The notes beneath the pieces were generated by a model, which was not told where the DNA came from, searched no databases, and worked only from the letters and a program-made list of their open reading frames with translations. This document shows positions 1 through 8,627 of a stretch of DNA of 52,150 nucleotides, piece by piece. The stretch comes from Chloroflexota bacterium. Its GTDB lineage: Bacteria; Chloroflexota; UBA11872; UBA12225; JAJDUF01. The DNA is taken from the NCBI GenBank assembly GCA_022824545.1, contig JAJDZR010000290.1, positions 1 to 52,150 on the forward strand. The letters are read 5' to 3'. Within the stretch, counting starts at the first letter, position 1; each line of letters starts with the position of its first letter. The position numbers and the translations under genes are program-made.

Positions 1-85
1 CACAACACTTATGACAGCAGACCTCCCCCCCCTCACTACCGCTCGGGGTGGGCGTGGGGGCGGGGGGGTGCGGCCGAGTCTACGC

Positions 86-1546
86 CTAGCCCTTGAAGCT
101 GGCTTGGAACTTCTCGATGTCAACGTTGATGGCGTTGGCCACCTCGTCCAGCGTGTCCTTGATGGACACGTTGGGCGTCTTGAAGGCTTCGCCCATTGCG
201 CCGGCCACCGCCCGGTAGTGCGTACCGAGATTCGGATGCCAGGGCCGGTACCCGTACTTCAGCACGGCGTCAACGAACGTCTGGAACTGCGGCACCTCCT
301 GCTGGAGCGCCTTCCACTTCATCGTCTCGAAGATGGACTGCCGCGCCGGCAGGAACGCAATACTCGCCACGTAGTGCGCGTTCTGCTCCGTCGAGGTCAG
401 CCAGCGCGTCAACTCCCACGCCGCCTCCTGGCGCTCCGGCGTTGACTTGTAGATCAGCCAGTTCCGCCCGAAGTTGCCGGCAAAGGCCTGCTTCTTCGTC
501 GGCGACGGCGTGACGTACATGTTCTGTAGGCCGCCGATGTCCTCCGCCCACGTCTTGATCCGCAGAGCACTCGTCTCGTAGAACATGCTGATCTGGCCCT
601 GCCGGAAACTCGGATTGTCTATCCCGCGCTCTTTGAGCACGTCGCGGTGCAGCGCGTGGACCTCATGCTTGTACATCAAGTCGTGGATGTACTGGCCGGC
701 CTCGACCCCCTCGGGCGTGTTGAACACGGCCTTGGTGGCATCCGCGTTGTAGATCTCACCACCGTTCTGCAGCAACAGGTTCCAGAACTGCACCTGGTTG
801 GTCATACCCCCCATCGCCCACTTGTTGGTCTCTACACCTACACCATGGGTCGTTTGCAGACCCTTGAGGTACTCCACCAGGTCGTCCCAGGTGTACCCCA
901 GCTCCAGCGGTTGCAGTCCCGACTCCTTCACGTGGGCCAGGTTGGTGTACGGCAGGTCGGCGTTCGTGTACCAGGGGAGACTCCAGAACTGCCCGGCCCA
1001 GGAGCTGGTCTCCAGCAGGAACGGGAAGTAGTCCGCCAGCGAGTCGGCATACTCCTTGTCCGACTTGATGAAGTCGTTCATGTCCACCAGCATGCCGTTC
1101 TGCCCGAAGCGACCCGAGTCCATATAGTTCGGATCGTAGAAGTCCGGCCCCTGATTGGCCGCGTAGGCGGTGATGATCTTGTCGGGTGTGCCCTGCCCGC
1201 CAATCTCCGCATAGACGTGGCTGCCGGACTGGTTCCACTGGTCGAACAGCTGCTTCAGACCGATGATCCGCTCACCGGTCGTGCCCTCACCGCGCCAGCC
1301 AAACCAGGTGCCCCACAGCGTGACGGTCACCGGCTCCTTCGCTGCCGCTCCCTGAGCGCCCTGGGCACCTGTGACGCCTTGGGCACCGGTCTCACCCTTC
1401 GCGCCGGCTGGCCCGGCTGGGCCGGCCGGCCCGGCCTGTGGCTGCCCGACGTACCGCACCGTCGGCTCACCGCACGCCGCTGCCAGCAAACCGCCAAATA
1501 CGGCGGCACCCCCGGCGAGCGACTGTCGTCTACTGATGCGTGCCAT
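86..1546 (-). CDS. ABC transporter substrate-binding lipoprotein (family-1 extracellular solute-binding protein) with Tat signal and collagen-like Gly-X-Y linker
   Basis: 486-aa ORF. ATG at 1546 is preceded by AAGGAGG (rc of 1554-1560). N-terminus MARISRRQSLAGG...LLAAAC gives a twin-arginine motif plus a lipobox Cys. Ten uninterrupted GXY triplets run from G39 to G66. The remainder looks like a sugar-type SBP. Confidence 0.85.
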   Translation of the reverse strand: MARISRRQSLAGGAAVFGGLLAAACGEPTVRYVGQPQAGPAGPAGPAGAKGETGAQGVTGAQGAQGAAAKEPVTVTLWGTWFGWRGEGTTGERIIGLKQLFDQWNQSGSHVYAEIGGQGTPDKIITAYAANQGPDFYDPNYMDSGRFGQNGMLVDMNDFIKSDKEYADSLADYFPFLLETSSWAGQFWSLPWYTNADLPYTNLAHVKESGLQPLELGYTWDDLVEYLKGLQTTHGVGVETNKWAMGGMTNQVQFWNLLLQNGGEIYNADATKAVFNTPEGVEAGQYIHDLMYKHEVHALHRDVLKERGIDNPSFRQGQISMFYETSALRIKTWAEDIGGLQNMYVTPSPTKKQAFAGNFGRNWLIYKSTPERQEAAWELTRWLTSTEQNAHYVASIAFLPARQSIFETMKWKALQQEVPQFQTFVDAVLKYGYRPWHPNLGTHYRAVAGAMGEAFKTPNVSIKDTLDEVANAINVDIEKFQASFKG

Positions 1547-1667
1547 GCCGCGTCCTCCTTAAGTGGTTACGGGTACCTAACCCGTGCCATGCCTCAGCCG
1601 CCAACTTTCCGCTGGCGTACCAACGCCCAACGTCCCGCCGGCCACGAGCATTGCCGACGGTGCAGCC

Positions 1668-1697
1668 ATTCTATTGCTCACTTGTCAGGAGTGTCAA
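1668..1697 (-). promoter_or_regulatory. Candidate promoter TTGACA-18-TAGAAT for the first SBP gene
   Basis: On the minus strand, TTGACA is 1697-1692 and TAGAAT is 1673-1668. A second TTGACA lies at 1708-1703. Confidence 0.4.
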
Positions 1698-1771
1698 GTG
1701 GCTGTCAAGGGGCAACGGCTGCGGTAACGGCGCAGCTTGATTCGGTTTTACCACCCTCCTTAAAACGTCAA

Positions 1772-1801
1772 CCCTCCCCCATGCTGACGCACAGGGGAGG
1801 G
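1772..1801 (-). terminator. GC hairpin (CCCTCCCCC ... AGGGGAGGG) just downstream of the second SBP gene; terminator-like and related to repeat family A
   Basis: The arms are 1772-1780 and 1792-1801. On the minus strand the hairpin is followed by TTGACGTTTT. Confidence 0.35.
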
Positions 1802-1829
1802 CCTCTGCGACTTCCGACTGCGGCGGTGG

Positions 1830-3266
1830 CTACCCGCCCAGGGTCGCCCAGTCCTTGTCCACCAGCGCTTGGAGCGTAGCCTGCGTATCGGTCAGCCAGG
1901 CCTTTACGCCGATCTCGCCCTTCATAATCGGGGAGATGTCGCGCCCAACGCGATTGATCTGGTTCCCCGAGGGGATGCCGGGATAGCGCCAGCCATATGG
2001 CGCCATCTCCACGAACCCCTTCATCTGCTCGTCGGTCTGCATGTAGTCCTGCAGGGTCTGAGACTCCAGCGCGCCCCGGCTCACCGGGATCGAGGTGGCC
2101 CGAATGCACGCCTGTGCTTGCGGCTCCGGTGAGTTCATCCACATACACACCAGCGCCGCGGCCTCCTGCCTCTTCGGATCGGTGCCGGGACCCTTGAAGA
2201 CGGCCATGTTGTGCCCGCCGTTCTGCGCGAACACCTCCCGCTTGCCGGGGTGTACCGGCGTATGGAGCACCCCGAAATCGGGCGCATTGTTCGCCCGCAG
2301 CGTCGGGATGCGGAACGGCCCCTGGTGCTCGAAGGCGATATTGTTCTTCGCCTCGCGGTACAACTCCCCGGCACCGTCCGGCGGGCTGAACCCACCCTTG
2401 AGGATGCTCTGCAGGAAGTCAATCGTCTCCACCGACTCCGGCCGGTCAATCGTGATCTTCCGCCCGTCATCGGTAATCACCCGCGCGCCCAGCGTGCCCA
2501 GGAACCAGAACCAGCGCGTCCAGCGGAACGCGAACGCGAACTCGATCCCGTCTTGCTGCTGCATTCTGGCCAGGTCTTCCTTGAAGCCGTCCCAATCGTA
2601 CTGCCCCTGGCCGCTGCCGTCCCACTCCGGGAATGGCACCCCGGCCTGCTGCAGCCGCCCCTTGTTGTAGATCAGGCCGGCGTTGTTCGTGTACACCGGC
2701 ATCCCGGCCAGCTTGCCTCCCCACATGCTGCTCTCGAGCATCCGCGGGAAGATGTCTGCTCGCTGCGGCCCCCAATCCTTGTTGGCCTTGAGCAGTTGAT
2801 CCAGGTCGGCTGTCGCGCCGCTGGCAAAGATGTTGACCGAGTCGAAGTAGCTCAGGAAGGCCACGTCCGGCGGCGTCCCACCCGCGGACATCGTCTTGTA
2901 CTTGTCCAGGTTTGTGCTGGCCCGGCCTCCCGACTCCAGGTCAACGCGGATGTTGAGCTCGTTTGTCTTGTTGAACTCCTCCAAGTTGGCAATCCGCGCC
3001 GCTCCCTCGGGATGCGTCTCCGGCAGGTTCGACAGGTAGAAGAGGAAGACCGGTGCCTCGGCTGCCTTCCCGGCTGCGCCCTGGGCACCCGTGGCGCCTT
3101 GGGCGCCCGTCTCACCCTTCACGCCAGCCGGCCCGGCCGGCCCGGCCGGCCCCGGCTGTGGCTGCCCGACGTACCTCACGGTCGGCTCGCCACACGCCGC
3201 CGCCAACAACCCACCGACTACCGCTGCACCTCCTGCAAGCGACTGCCTTCTACTGATGCGTGCCAT
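1830..3266 (-). CDS. ABC transporter substrate-binding lipoprotein, paralog with the same Tat/lipobox/collagen-like N-terminal cassette
   Basis: I trimmed the ORF-track frame 1830..3467 to the internal ATG at 3266 (residue 68). That ATG starts the same MARISRRQSLAGG...AAAC leader as the neighbour and has an AAGGAGGG RBS (rc of 3273-3280). The mature domain differs from the neighbour. Confidence 0.85.
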   Translation of the reverse strand: MARISRRQSLAGGAAVVGGLLAAACGEPTVRYVGQPQPGPAGPAGPAGVKGETGAQGATGAQGAAGKAAEAPVFLFYLSNLPETHPEGAARIANLEEFNKTNELNIRVDLESGGRASTNLDKYKTMSAGGTPPDVAFLSYFDSVNIFASGATADLDQLLKANKDWGPQRADIFPRMLESSMWGGKLAGMPVYTNNAGLIYNKGRLQQAGVPFPEWDGSGQGQYDWDGFKEDLARMQQQDGIEFAFAFRWTRWFWFLGTLGARVITDDGRKITIDRPESVETIDFLQSILKGGFSPPDGAGELYREAKNNIAFEHQGPFRIPTLRANNAPDFGVLHTPVHPGKREVFAQNGGHNMAVFKGPGTDPKRQEAAALVCMWMNSPEPQAQACIRATSIPVSRGALESQTLQDYMQTDEQMKGFVEMAPYGWRYPGIPSGNQINRVGRDISPIMKGEIGVKAWLTDTQATLQALVDKDWATLGG

Positions 3267-3369
3267 TGCGCTCCCTCCTTGTGATTGCGGTGGTCCCTGC
3301 ATTCCCTCCGTGGGTCGCAGGCGTTGCACCGACTCGCCACTGTCTGGTGACTCCACCGACAGCGCCCCA

Positions 3370-3398
3370 ATTTTACAACCACAATGAACGGCAAGCAA
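3370..3398 (-). promoter_or_regulatory. Candidate promoter TTGCTT-17-TAAAAT for the second SBP gene
   Basis: On the minus strand, TTGCTT is 3398-3393 and TAAAAT is 3375-3370. The patch is AT-rich. Confidence 0.35.
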
Positions 3399-3528
3399 GT
3401 CATCAATCTTTCGGACGCATGTATTTCCAGGGACAAGAGCCGGACAACGCCGCCGACTGGCCCACAACGCTCCCTCGTCAAGCTGCTACAGTCCCTCCCT
3501 GACCAACCGGCCGCTATGGAGGTGGAGC

Positions 3529-4545
3529 ATGGCGTTACAGCTGGTGACCCCCGACGATCCCCGGTTGAGTTGGCACGGGCATATCTCCCTGCAGCACACC
3601 GCCGACTGGGCGATGCCCTGGCGCATTCCCTACCGGGAGCGAGCGCTGTTCCCACCCGCTGCGTTCGCCGCCTCCGACCGGCAGTCGCGCGCAGCGATGC
3701 CGGCCGGCGTGCGCCTCGCCTTCCATAGCGACACGACCGTCGTTGCCGGCCGGATCGTCGCGCAGCCGGAGGCCAGTCCCCTCGATCTCGCCTGCGATGG
3801 ACAGGTCTACGGCTCCGTGGCGCTCACGGGCCAAGAGCAGTTTCGCTTTGCAGACCTGCCGCCCGGCGAAAAGCTGATCGAGCTATGGCTGCCACAGCAC
3901 GGTGAGTTCCGGCTGCGGTCACTGGAGCTGAGTGGAGGCGCGAGCCTGACTCCCTATGCCGACCCTCGGCCGCGCTGGGTGACGTATGGCAGCTCCATTA
4001 CGCACTGCCGCACGGCCGCGCGACCCACCGAAACCTGGCCCGCGCTCGTCGCCAGAGCCAGTGACCTGAGCCTGACCTGCCTGGGCTATGGCGGCAACTG
4101 CCACCTGGAACCGATGGTGGCCCGCATGATCCGCGACCGGCCCGCCGACCTCCTCTCCATGAAGGTCGGCATCAATGTCCATAACCACGGCAGCCTGAAC
4201 GCGCGTACCTTCCGTCCGGCGATCATCGGGTTTGTCCGCATCGTCCGCGAGCGCCACCCGGACGTGCCCTTTGCCGTTGTGTCACCTATCTATGCCGCCT
4301 GGCGCGAAACCCAGCCAAACGAGGTCGGCTTCACCATCGCCGCCATGCGCGAAGAGGTCGCCGCTGCCGTCGCCGCCCTTCAAGCGCACGGGGACCGCCA
4401 CCTCCACTATGTAGACGGCCTGGAGATCTTCGGCCCGCAGCACACACACCTGCTCCCCGACGACCTGCATCCCAGCGCCGAGGGCTACAAAGTGCTCGCT
4501 CAGAACTTCCTGCGTGTCGTCATGCCCCATCTCCTGACCGGTTGA
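3529..4545 (+). CDS. SGNH/GDSL-family hydrolase (esterase) with N-terminal beta-rich domain
   Basis: 338 aa. Block I reads YGSSITHC and block V reads DDLHPS (DxxH), both typical of SGNH hydrolases. About 150 aa of extra N-terminal domain precede them. Confidence 0.7.
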   Translation: MALQLVTPDDPRLSWHGHISLQHTADWAMPWRIPYRERALFPPAAFAASDRQSRAAMPAGVRLAFHSDTTVVAGRIVAQPEASPLDLACDGQVYGSVALTGQEQFRFADLPPGEKLIELWLPQHGEFRLRSLELSGGASLTPYADPRPRWVTYGSSITHCRTAARPTETWPALVARASDLSLTCLGYGGNCHLEPMVARMIRDRPADLLSMKVGINVHNHGSLNARTFRPAIIGFVRIVRERHPDVPFAVVSPIYAAWRETQPNEVGFTIAAMREEVAAAVAALQAHGDRHLHYVDGLEIFGPQHTHLLPDDLHPSAEGYKVLAQNFLRVVMPHLLTG

Positions 4546-4565
4546 GTCCGCCGGAATTCAGCACC

Positions 4566-4590
4566 GTAGGGGTATCCCTTGTGGGCACCC
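4566..4590 (+). repeat. Family E element GTAGGGGTATCCCTTGTGGGCACCC
   Basis: It is intergenic. It matches 14981-15005 at 24 of 25 positions in the same orientation. Confidence 0.7.
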
Positions 4591-4700
4591 TAGCCACGGC
4601 TAGATGCTATCCGAAGCCGACACCGAACCGTGCAGCCCGCTCGTCTCGGTGGTAGGATGCCCCGCAGTACCCGCTGCACAGGCAAAGGAGACCGTTCCAC

Positions 4701-5972
4701 ATGGCCTACACCCTCATCCGCAACGGCACGCTCATTGACGGTACCGGCGCGCCGCCGGTCGCGCACGCCGCCGTGCTGCTCCGCGACAACCGCATCCACG
4801 CCGTCGGCACACCCGATACCATTCCCGTCCCGGACGACACGATCTCGGAGCTTGACGCCGCCGGCGGCTACATCCTCCCCGGCTTCATTGACGCGCACGT
4901 CCACTTGACAACCGAAGGCCCCGGCGTCGAAAAGCTGTTGAGTACGCCCTTCTCCCTCCACTTCTATCAGATGGTGGGCCGCCTGCGCCGCACCATCGAG
5001 GCCGGCGTAACCAGCGTCCGCGACGCGGCCGGCGCCGATCTCGGCGTCAAACAGGCGGTCGAGACGGGACTGGTCGTGGGGCCGCGCCTCCAGATCGCCA
5101 TTACGATGCTCTCACCCACCGGCGGACACGGTGACGGCTGGCTCCCGTCCGGCATTGAGCTGCGCCTTCCGCCCTATCCGGGACGACCGCATGGGCGGTG
5201 TAACGGCGTGGAGGAGGTCCGCGCCAAGGTGCGGGAGGTCCTGCGCGCCGGTGCCGACGTGGTGAAAGTCGCCACGACCGGCGGCGTGTACAGCGCCACC
5301 ACCGAGCCGACGCATACGAAGTTTTCGCCCGATGAATTGGCGGTGATCGCCCAGGAGGCCGCCTACTGCGACGGCACCAAGGTGATGGCCCACGCCCACG
5401 GCGCGGAGGGTATCAAGAACGCGGTGCGCGCCGGCTTCCACTCCATCGAGCACGGTACCTACATAGACGACGAGGCCATCGAGCTGATGTTGGAGCGCGG
5501 CACCTTCCTCGTCCCCACCCTGGCGGTCCACCTAGCCACGCTGGAGGCGGCCGAAAGCGCCGAAAAGCCGGCCGAATGGGCCATCCGTAAGGGCCGCGAA
5601 ATCACCGACATCCACCGCGAGAACATCGCCAACGCCTATCGCGCCGGTGTGCGGATTGCCATGGGCACCGACACCGCGATTGCCCGGCACGGCACCAACC
5701 TCCGCGAGCTAGGGCTGATGTGCGACATTGGCATGTCACCTATGGAGGCCATCGTCGTCACGACCAAGGTCGCCGCCGAGTGTCTGGGCTGGGAAGATAG
5801 CGTCGGCACACTCGAAGCCGGCAAGCTCGCCGATATTGTCATCACCAAGACCGACCCGCTGGCCGATATCCGCTCGCTGGAGCAGGTCGAGAACATCGCC
5901 GTCGTCATCAAAGACGGCCAAATCATCAAGGACCGCCGGGGTATGGTACCCGTAGAAGGAGGGGCAGGATAG
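4701..5972 (+). CDS. Metal-dependent amidohydrolase family protein
   Basis: 423 aa. Motifs seen: GFIDAHVHL, HAHGAEGI, SIEHGTY, MGTDT. RBS AAAGGAG lies upstream. Confidence 0.85.
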   Translation: MAYTLIRNGTLIDGTGAPPVAHAAVLLRDNRIHAVGTPDTIPVPDDTISELDAAGGYILPGFIDAHVHLTTEGPGVEKLLSTPFSLHFYQMVGRLRRTIEAGVTSVRDAAGADLGVKQAVETGLVVGPRLQIAITMLSPTGGHGDGWLPSGIELRLPPYPGRPHGRCNGVEEVRAKVREVLRAGADVVKVATTGGVYSATTEPTHTKFSPDELAVIAQEAAYCDGTKVMAHAHGAEGIKNAVRAGFHSIEHGTYIDDEAIELMLERGTFLVPTLAVHLATLEAAESAEKPAEWAIRKGREITDIHRENIANAYRAGVRIAMGTDTAIARHGTNLRELGLMCDIGMSPMEAIVVTTKVAAECLGWEDSVGTLEAGKLADIVITKTDPLADIRSLEQVENIAVVIKDGQIIKDRRGMVPVEGGAG

Positions 5973-6022
5973 CGGGGGTGAAGGATGAGTAGGGGGCCGC
6001 GGCGTCGCCGTGGGCCGGCGCG

Positions 6023-6074
6023 TTCCCTCCCCTGTCGCAACGGGGGAGGGCGAGGGTGGGGGCCGGTGGGGGCC
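6023..6074 (+). repeat. Family A palindromic element (TTCCCTCCCC-loop-GGGGGAGGG-yTAGGGTGGGGGCCGG)
   Basis: The sequence is ttccctcccctgtcgcaacgggggagggcgagggtgggggccggtggggg. It lies between convergent stops. Confidence 0.7.
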
Positions 6075-6085
6075 GCTCTACACCT

Positions 6086-7024
6086 CTACTCTGTGCTCTC
6101 TGTGTGCTCTGCGGCTAAGGCCGCCTGCCGCTCCCACTGTCGGAAGGAGCGCGTCTCCGCTGCCGACAGGGTGTGGCCGGCGCGCCCTTTCCAGAAGCCC
6201 TCTTTGACGCGCTGTATCGTGCGCTCATACCGCTCCGCCATCGCGGCGGGCTGCTCCGCCATGTACTCGCGTTCCGCCTCGCGCGCCGCCGCCTCCGACG
6301 GGAGCACCGGCAGCTCTACCGCTGCCGTCGTGATCTGATCGCAACCCCACTTGTAGCCCACCACCTCGCCCTTGCTGAGAATCAGGGTGTTCCCCACGTT
6401 CGCCTGCACCACCGGCACACCGTTCTCCCGTGCCCGCGCCGTCACGATGGCATTCTGGGACTTCTTCCTCGTGCCATACGACGGAATCAGCAGACAGCGT
6501 GCGCCGTCCAGCACCAGCGTGCGGGAAATCTTCGGGTTGGACCGGTCGTTGCAGATGACCATGCCCATCCGCCCCAGCGGCGTATCGAACGCCCGAATCC
6601 GCCGCCCAACCCGGTCGAAGTACCAGGTTGAGTGCGTGCCTTCCGCTAGTTGCGTCTTGTGGTAGTGCCCGCAAATGTCCCCGCCCTGGTCAATGAAGAT
6701 GCCCGCGTTGTAGACCTCCTCGCCAATCCGCTCCGCAAAGCCGAAACAGAGACAGGTGCGGAGCTCTTGAGCCAGCCGCTGGAAGCGCCGGATATAGGGA
6801 CCGTCTAGCGGCTCCGCGATCTCCACCATGGCACGCCCACGCTCCGGATTCCGAATGACATCCATCGCCACGTAGCCTTCCAGGATGCCCTCCGGAGCGA
6901 TGATGAGATCGGCCTGCTCCCGCGCTGCCCTGCGGAAATAGGTCTCCAGCTTCTCCGCGTTGTAGTCCTTGTCCCACTTCTTGGGCTTGAGCGAGATGGC
7001 CGTCACCGTAATCGTCGTATACAT
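6086..7024 (-). CDS. Carbon-nitrogen hydrolase (nitrilase superfamily)
   Basis: The Glu-Lys-Cys triad context is present (IIAPEG, HYHKTQL, MVICND). I moved the start to ATG 7024 (MYTTITV...), which has a GGAGGAAAC RBS. About 70 aa of extra C-terminal helical tail follow. Confidence 0.8.
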   Translation of the reverse strand: MYTTITVTAISLKPKKWDKDYNAEKLETYFRRAAREQADLIIAPEGILEGYVAMDVIRNPERGRAMVEIAEPLDGPYIRRFQRLAQELRTCLCFGFAERIGEEVYNAGIFIDQGGDICGHYHKTQLAEGTHSTWYFDRVGRRIRAFDTPLGRMGMVICNDRSNPKISRTLVLDGARCLLIPSYGTRKKSQNAIVTARARENGVPVVQANVGNTLILSKGEVVGYKWGCDQITTAAVELPVLPSEAAAREAEREYMAEQPAAMAERYERTIQRVKEGFWKGRAGHTLSAAETRSFRQWERQAALAAEHTESTE

Positions 7025-7226
7025 CGTTTCCTCCACCCCAGCTGCACCATCAGGAAGCGGGAGCACGAGCGCCCTTCCACCTCAGCCTCCAGTGCACACC
7101 CTGCTGCTACCTGCCTGGCCCCGGCAGCGCTCGTGTGTCGGGCGCTCAGGGCGTATACTCGGCACAAGGGTTGTGAGGCGCAGAGCACCCATGCATGGGT
7201 AGACGCCGCAGAAAGGAGCTGGTGCT

Positions 7227-8591
7227 ATGACCGAACCGATGATCTACCGTCTTGGAGAGCAGGACATCCCGGAGGCCTGGTACAACATCATCGCCGATCT
7301 GCCGGCGCCTCCTCCGCCGGTGCTGCACCCCGGCACGGGGCAGCCCGTCGGACCGGATGACCTGGCACCTCTGTTCCCCATGGGGCTTATCCTGCAAGAG
7401 GTGTCCGGTGATCGGTGGATCGAGATTCCCGAGCCGGTGCGCGAAGTCTATCGCCTCTACCGTCCCGCACCGCTCCACCGGGCGCGGCGCTTGGAGCAGG
7501 CACTGGATACGCCGGCCCACATCTACTACAAGTACGAAGGTGTCAGCCCGGCCGGCTCGCACAAGCTGAATACCGCCATTGCCCAGGCCTACTTCAACAA
7601 GGCCGAGGGGACGAAGCGCCTCGCCACGGAAACCGGCGCCGGGCAGTGGGGCAGCGCTTTGGCCATGGCCTGCCAGTTTGTCGGTCTCGACTGCACGGTG
7701 TATATGGTCAAGGTGTCCTATCAGCAGAAGCCCTACCGTCGCTCGATGATGCAGGTATTCGGCGCCGAGGTCATCCCCAGTCCCAGCGACCGGACCCAGG
7801 GTGGCAGCAAGGTGCTGTCCCAGGAGCCGGACTCGCCGGGGTCGCTAGGCATCGCTATCTCGGAGGCAGTGGAGGACGCCGCTACCCATGACGATACACA
7901 CTACTCCCTCGGCTCGGTGCTCAACCACGTGCTGTTGCACCAGACCGTCATCGGCTTGGAAGCCAAGCGCCAAATGGAGCTGGCCGGCGAAGAGCCGGAC
8001 GAGGTGATCGGCTGCGTCGGTGGGGGCAGCAACTTCAGCGGTCTGGCCTTTCCGTTTGTGCAAGACAAGCTCACCGCCGGCAAGCAAACTCGCATCCTGG
8101 CCGTGGAGCCGGCGGCCTGTCCCACCCTGACCCGCGGCTCCTACGCCTACGACTTCGGCGACACCGTCGGTCTGACCCCGCTCGTCAAGATGTACACCTT
8201 GGGCCATACGTTTGTGCCGCCCGGCATCCACGCCGGTGGCCTGCGCTATCACGGCGACGCGCCGCTGCTCTGTCAGCTCGTCGAGCACGGTGCGGTCGAG
8301 GCGGTGGCCTACCCACAAAACCCCGTCTTTGCCGCCGCTGTCCAATTCGCGCAGAGCGAAGGGATTATCCCGGCGCCGGAGTCCGCTCACGCCGTCAAAG
8401 CGGCGATAGACTCGGCGCTGCAAGCGAAAGCGGAAGGCCGCTCGCGGGCAATCCTCTTCGGCTTGTCCGGACACGGCCACTTCGATATGGGCGCGTTCGA
8501 TGCCTACCTCGGCGGCGACCTGGAGGACTACGAATACCCGGCGGAGAAGGTCCAGGCCGCCCTCACCGAGCTACCACAGGTGGCGGGCTAG
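7227..8591 (+). CDS. trpB2: TrpB-like PLP-dependent enzyme (tryptophan synthase beta chain 2)
   Basis: 454 aa. It has the long TrpB2-type N-terminus ([13 protein letters not shown]...), PLP lysine context [10 protein letters not shown], and [19 protein letters not shown] is present. No other trp genes lie nearby. Confidence 0.85.
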   Translation: MTEPMIYRLGEQDIPEAWYNIIADLPAPPPPVLHPGTGQPVGPDDLAPLFPMGLILQEVSGDRWIEIPEPVREVYRLYRPAPLHRARRLEQALDTPAHIYYKYEGVSPAGSHKLNTAIAQAYFNKAEGTKRLATETGAGQWGSALAMACQFVGLDCTVYMVKVSYQQKPYRRSMMQVFGAEVIPSPSDRTQGGSKVLSQEPDSPGSLGIAISEAVEDAATHDDTHYSLGSVLNHVLLHQTVIGLEAKRQMELAGEEPDEVIGCVGGGSNFSGLAFPFVQDKLTAGKQTRILAVEPAACPTLTRGSYAYDFGDTVGLTPLVKMYTLGHTFVPPGIHAGGLRYHGDAPLLCQLVEHGAVEAVAYPQNPVFAAAVQFAQSEGIIPAPESAHAVKAAIDSALQAKAEGRSRAILFGLSGHGHFDMGAFDAYLGGDLEDYEYPAEKVQAALTELPQVAG

Positions 8592-8627
8592 GGTGGTAGC
8601 CCTACGCACCGAACCCACTGGCAAACC

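Noticed and set aside
647-3284. Long plus-strand ORFs (647..1879, 2211..3284) opposite the two SBP genes
   Set aside because: They are antisense shadows of well-supported genes. They have an Arg/Pro/Gly/His-rich composition and no RBS. The same reasoning applies to 17014..17841, 25257..26192, 32019..32891, 33712..34557, 36017..36781, 39558..40271, 41327..41974 and similar entries.
5985-6338. ORFs whose N-termini read RRGDG, PPYGPP or PCRNGGGRGWG (also 9827..10012, 39422..39712, 40737..40946)
   Set aside because: These peptides are simply translations of repeat families A and B. The ORFs otherwise overlap real genes on the opposite strand.
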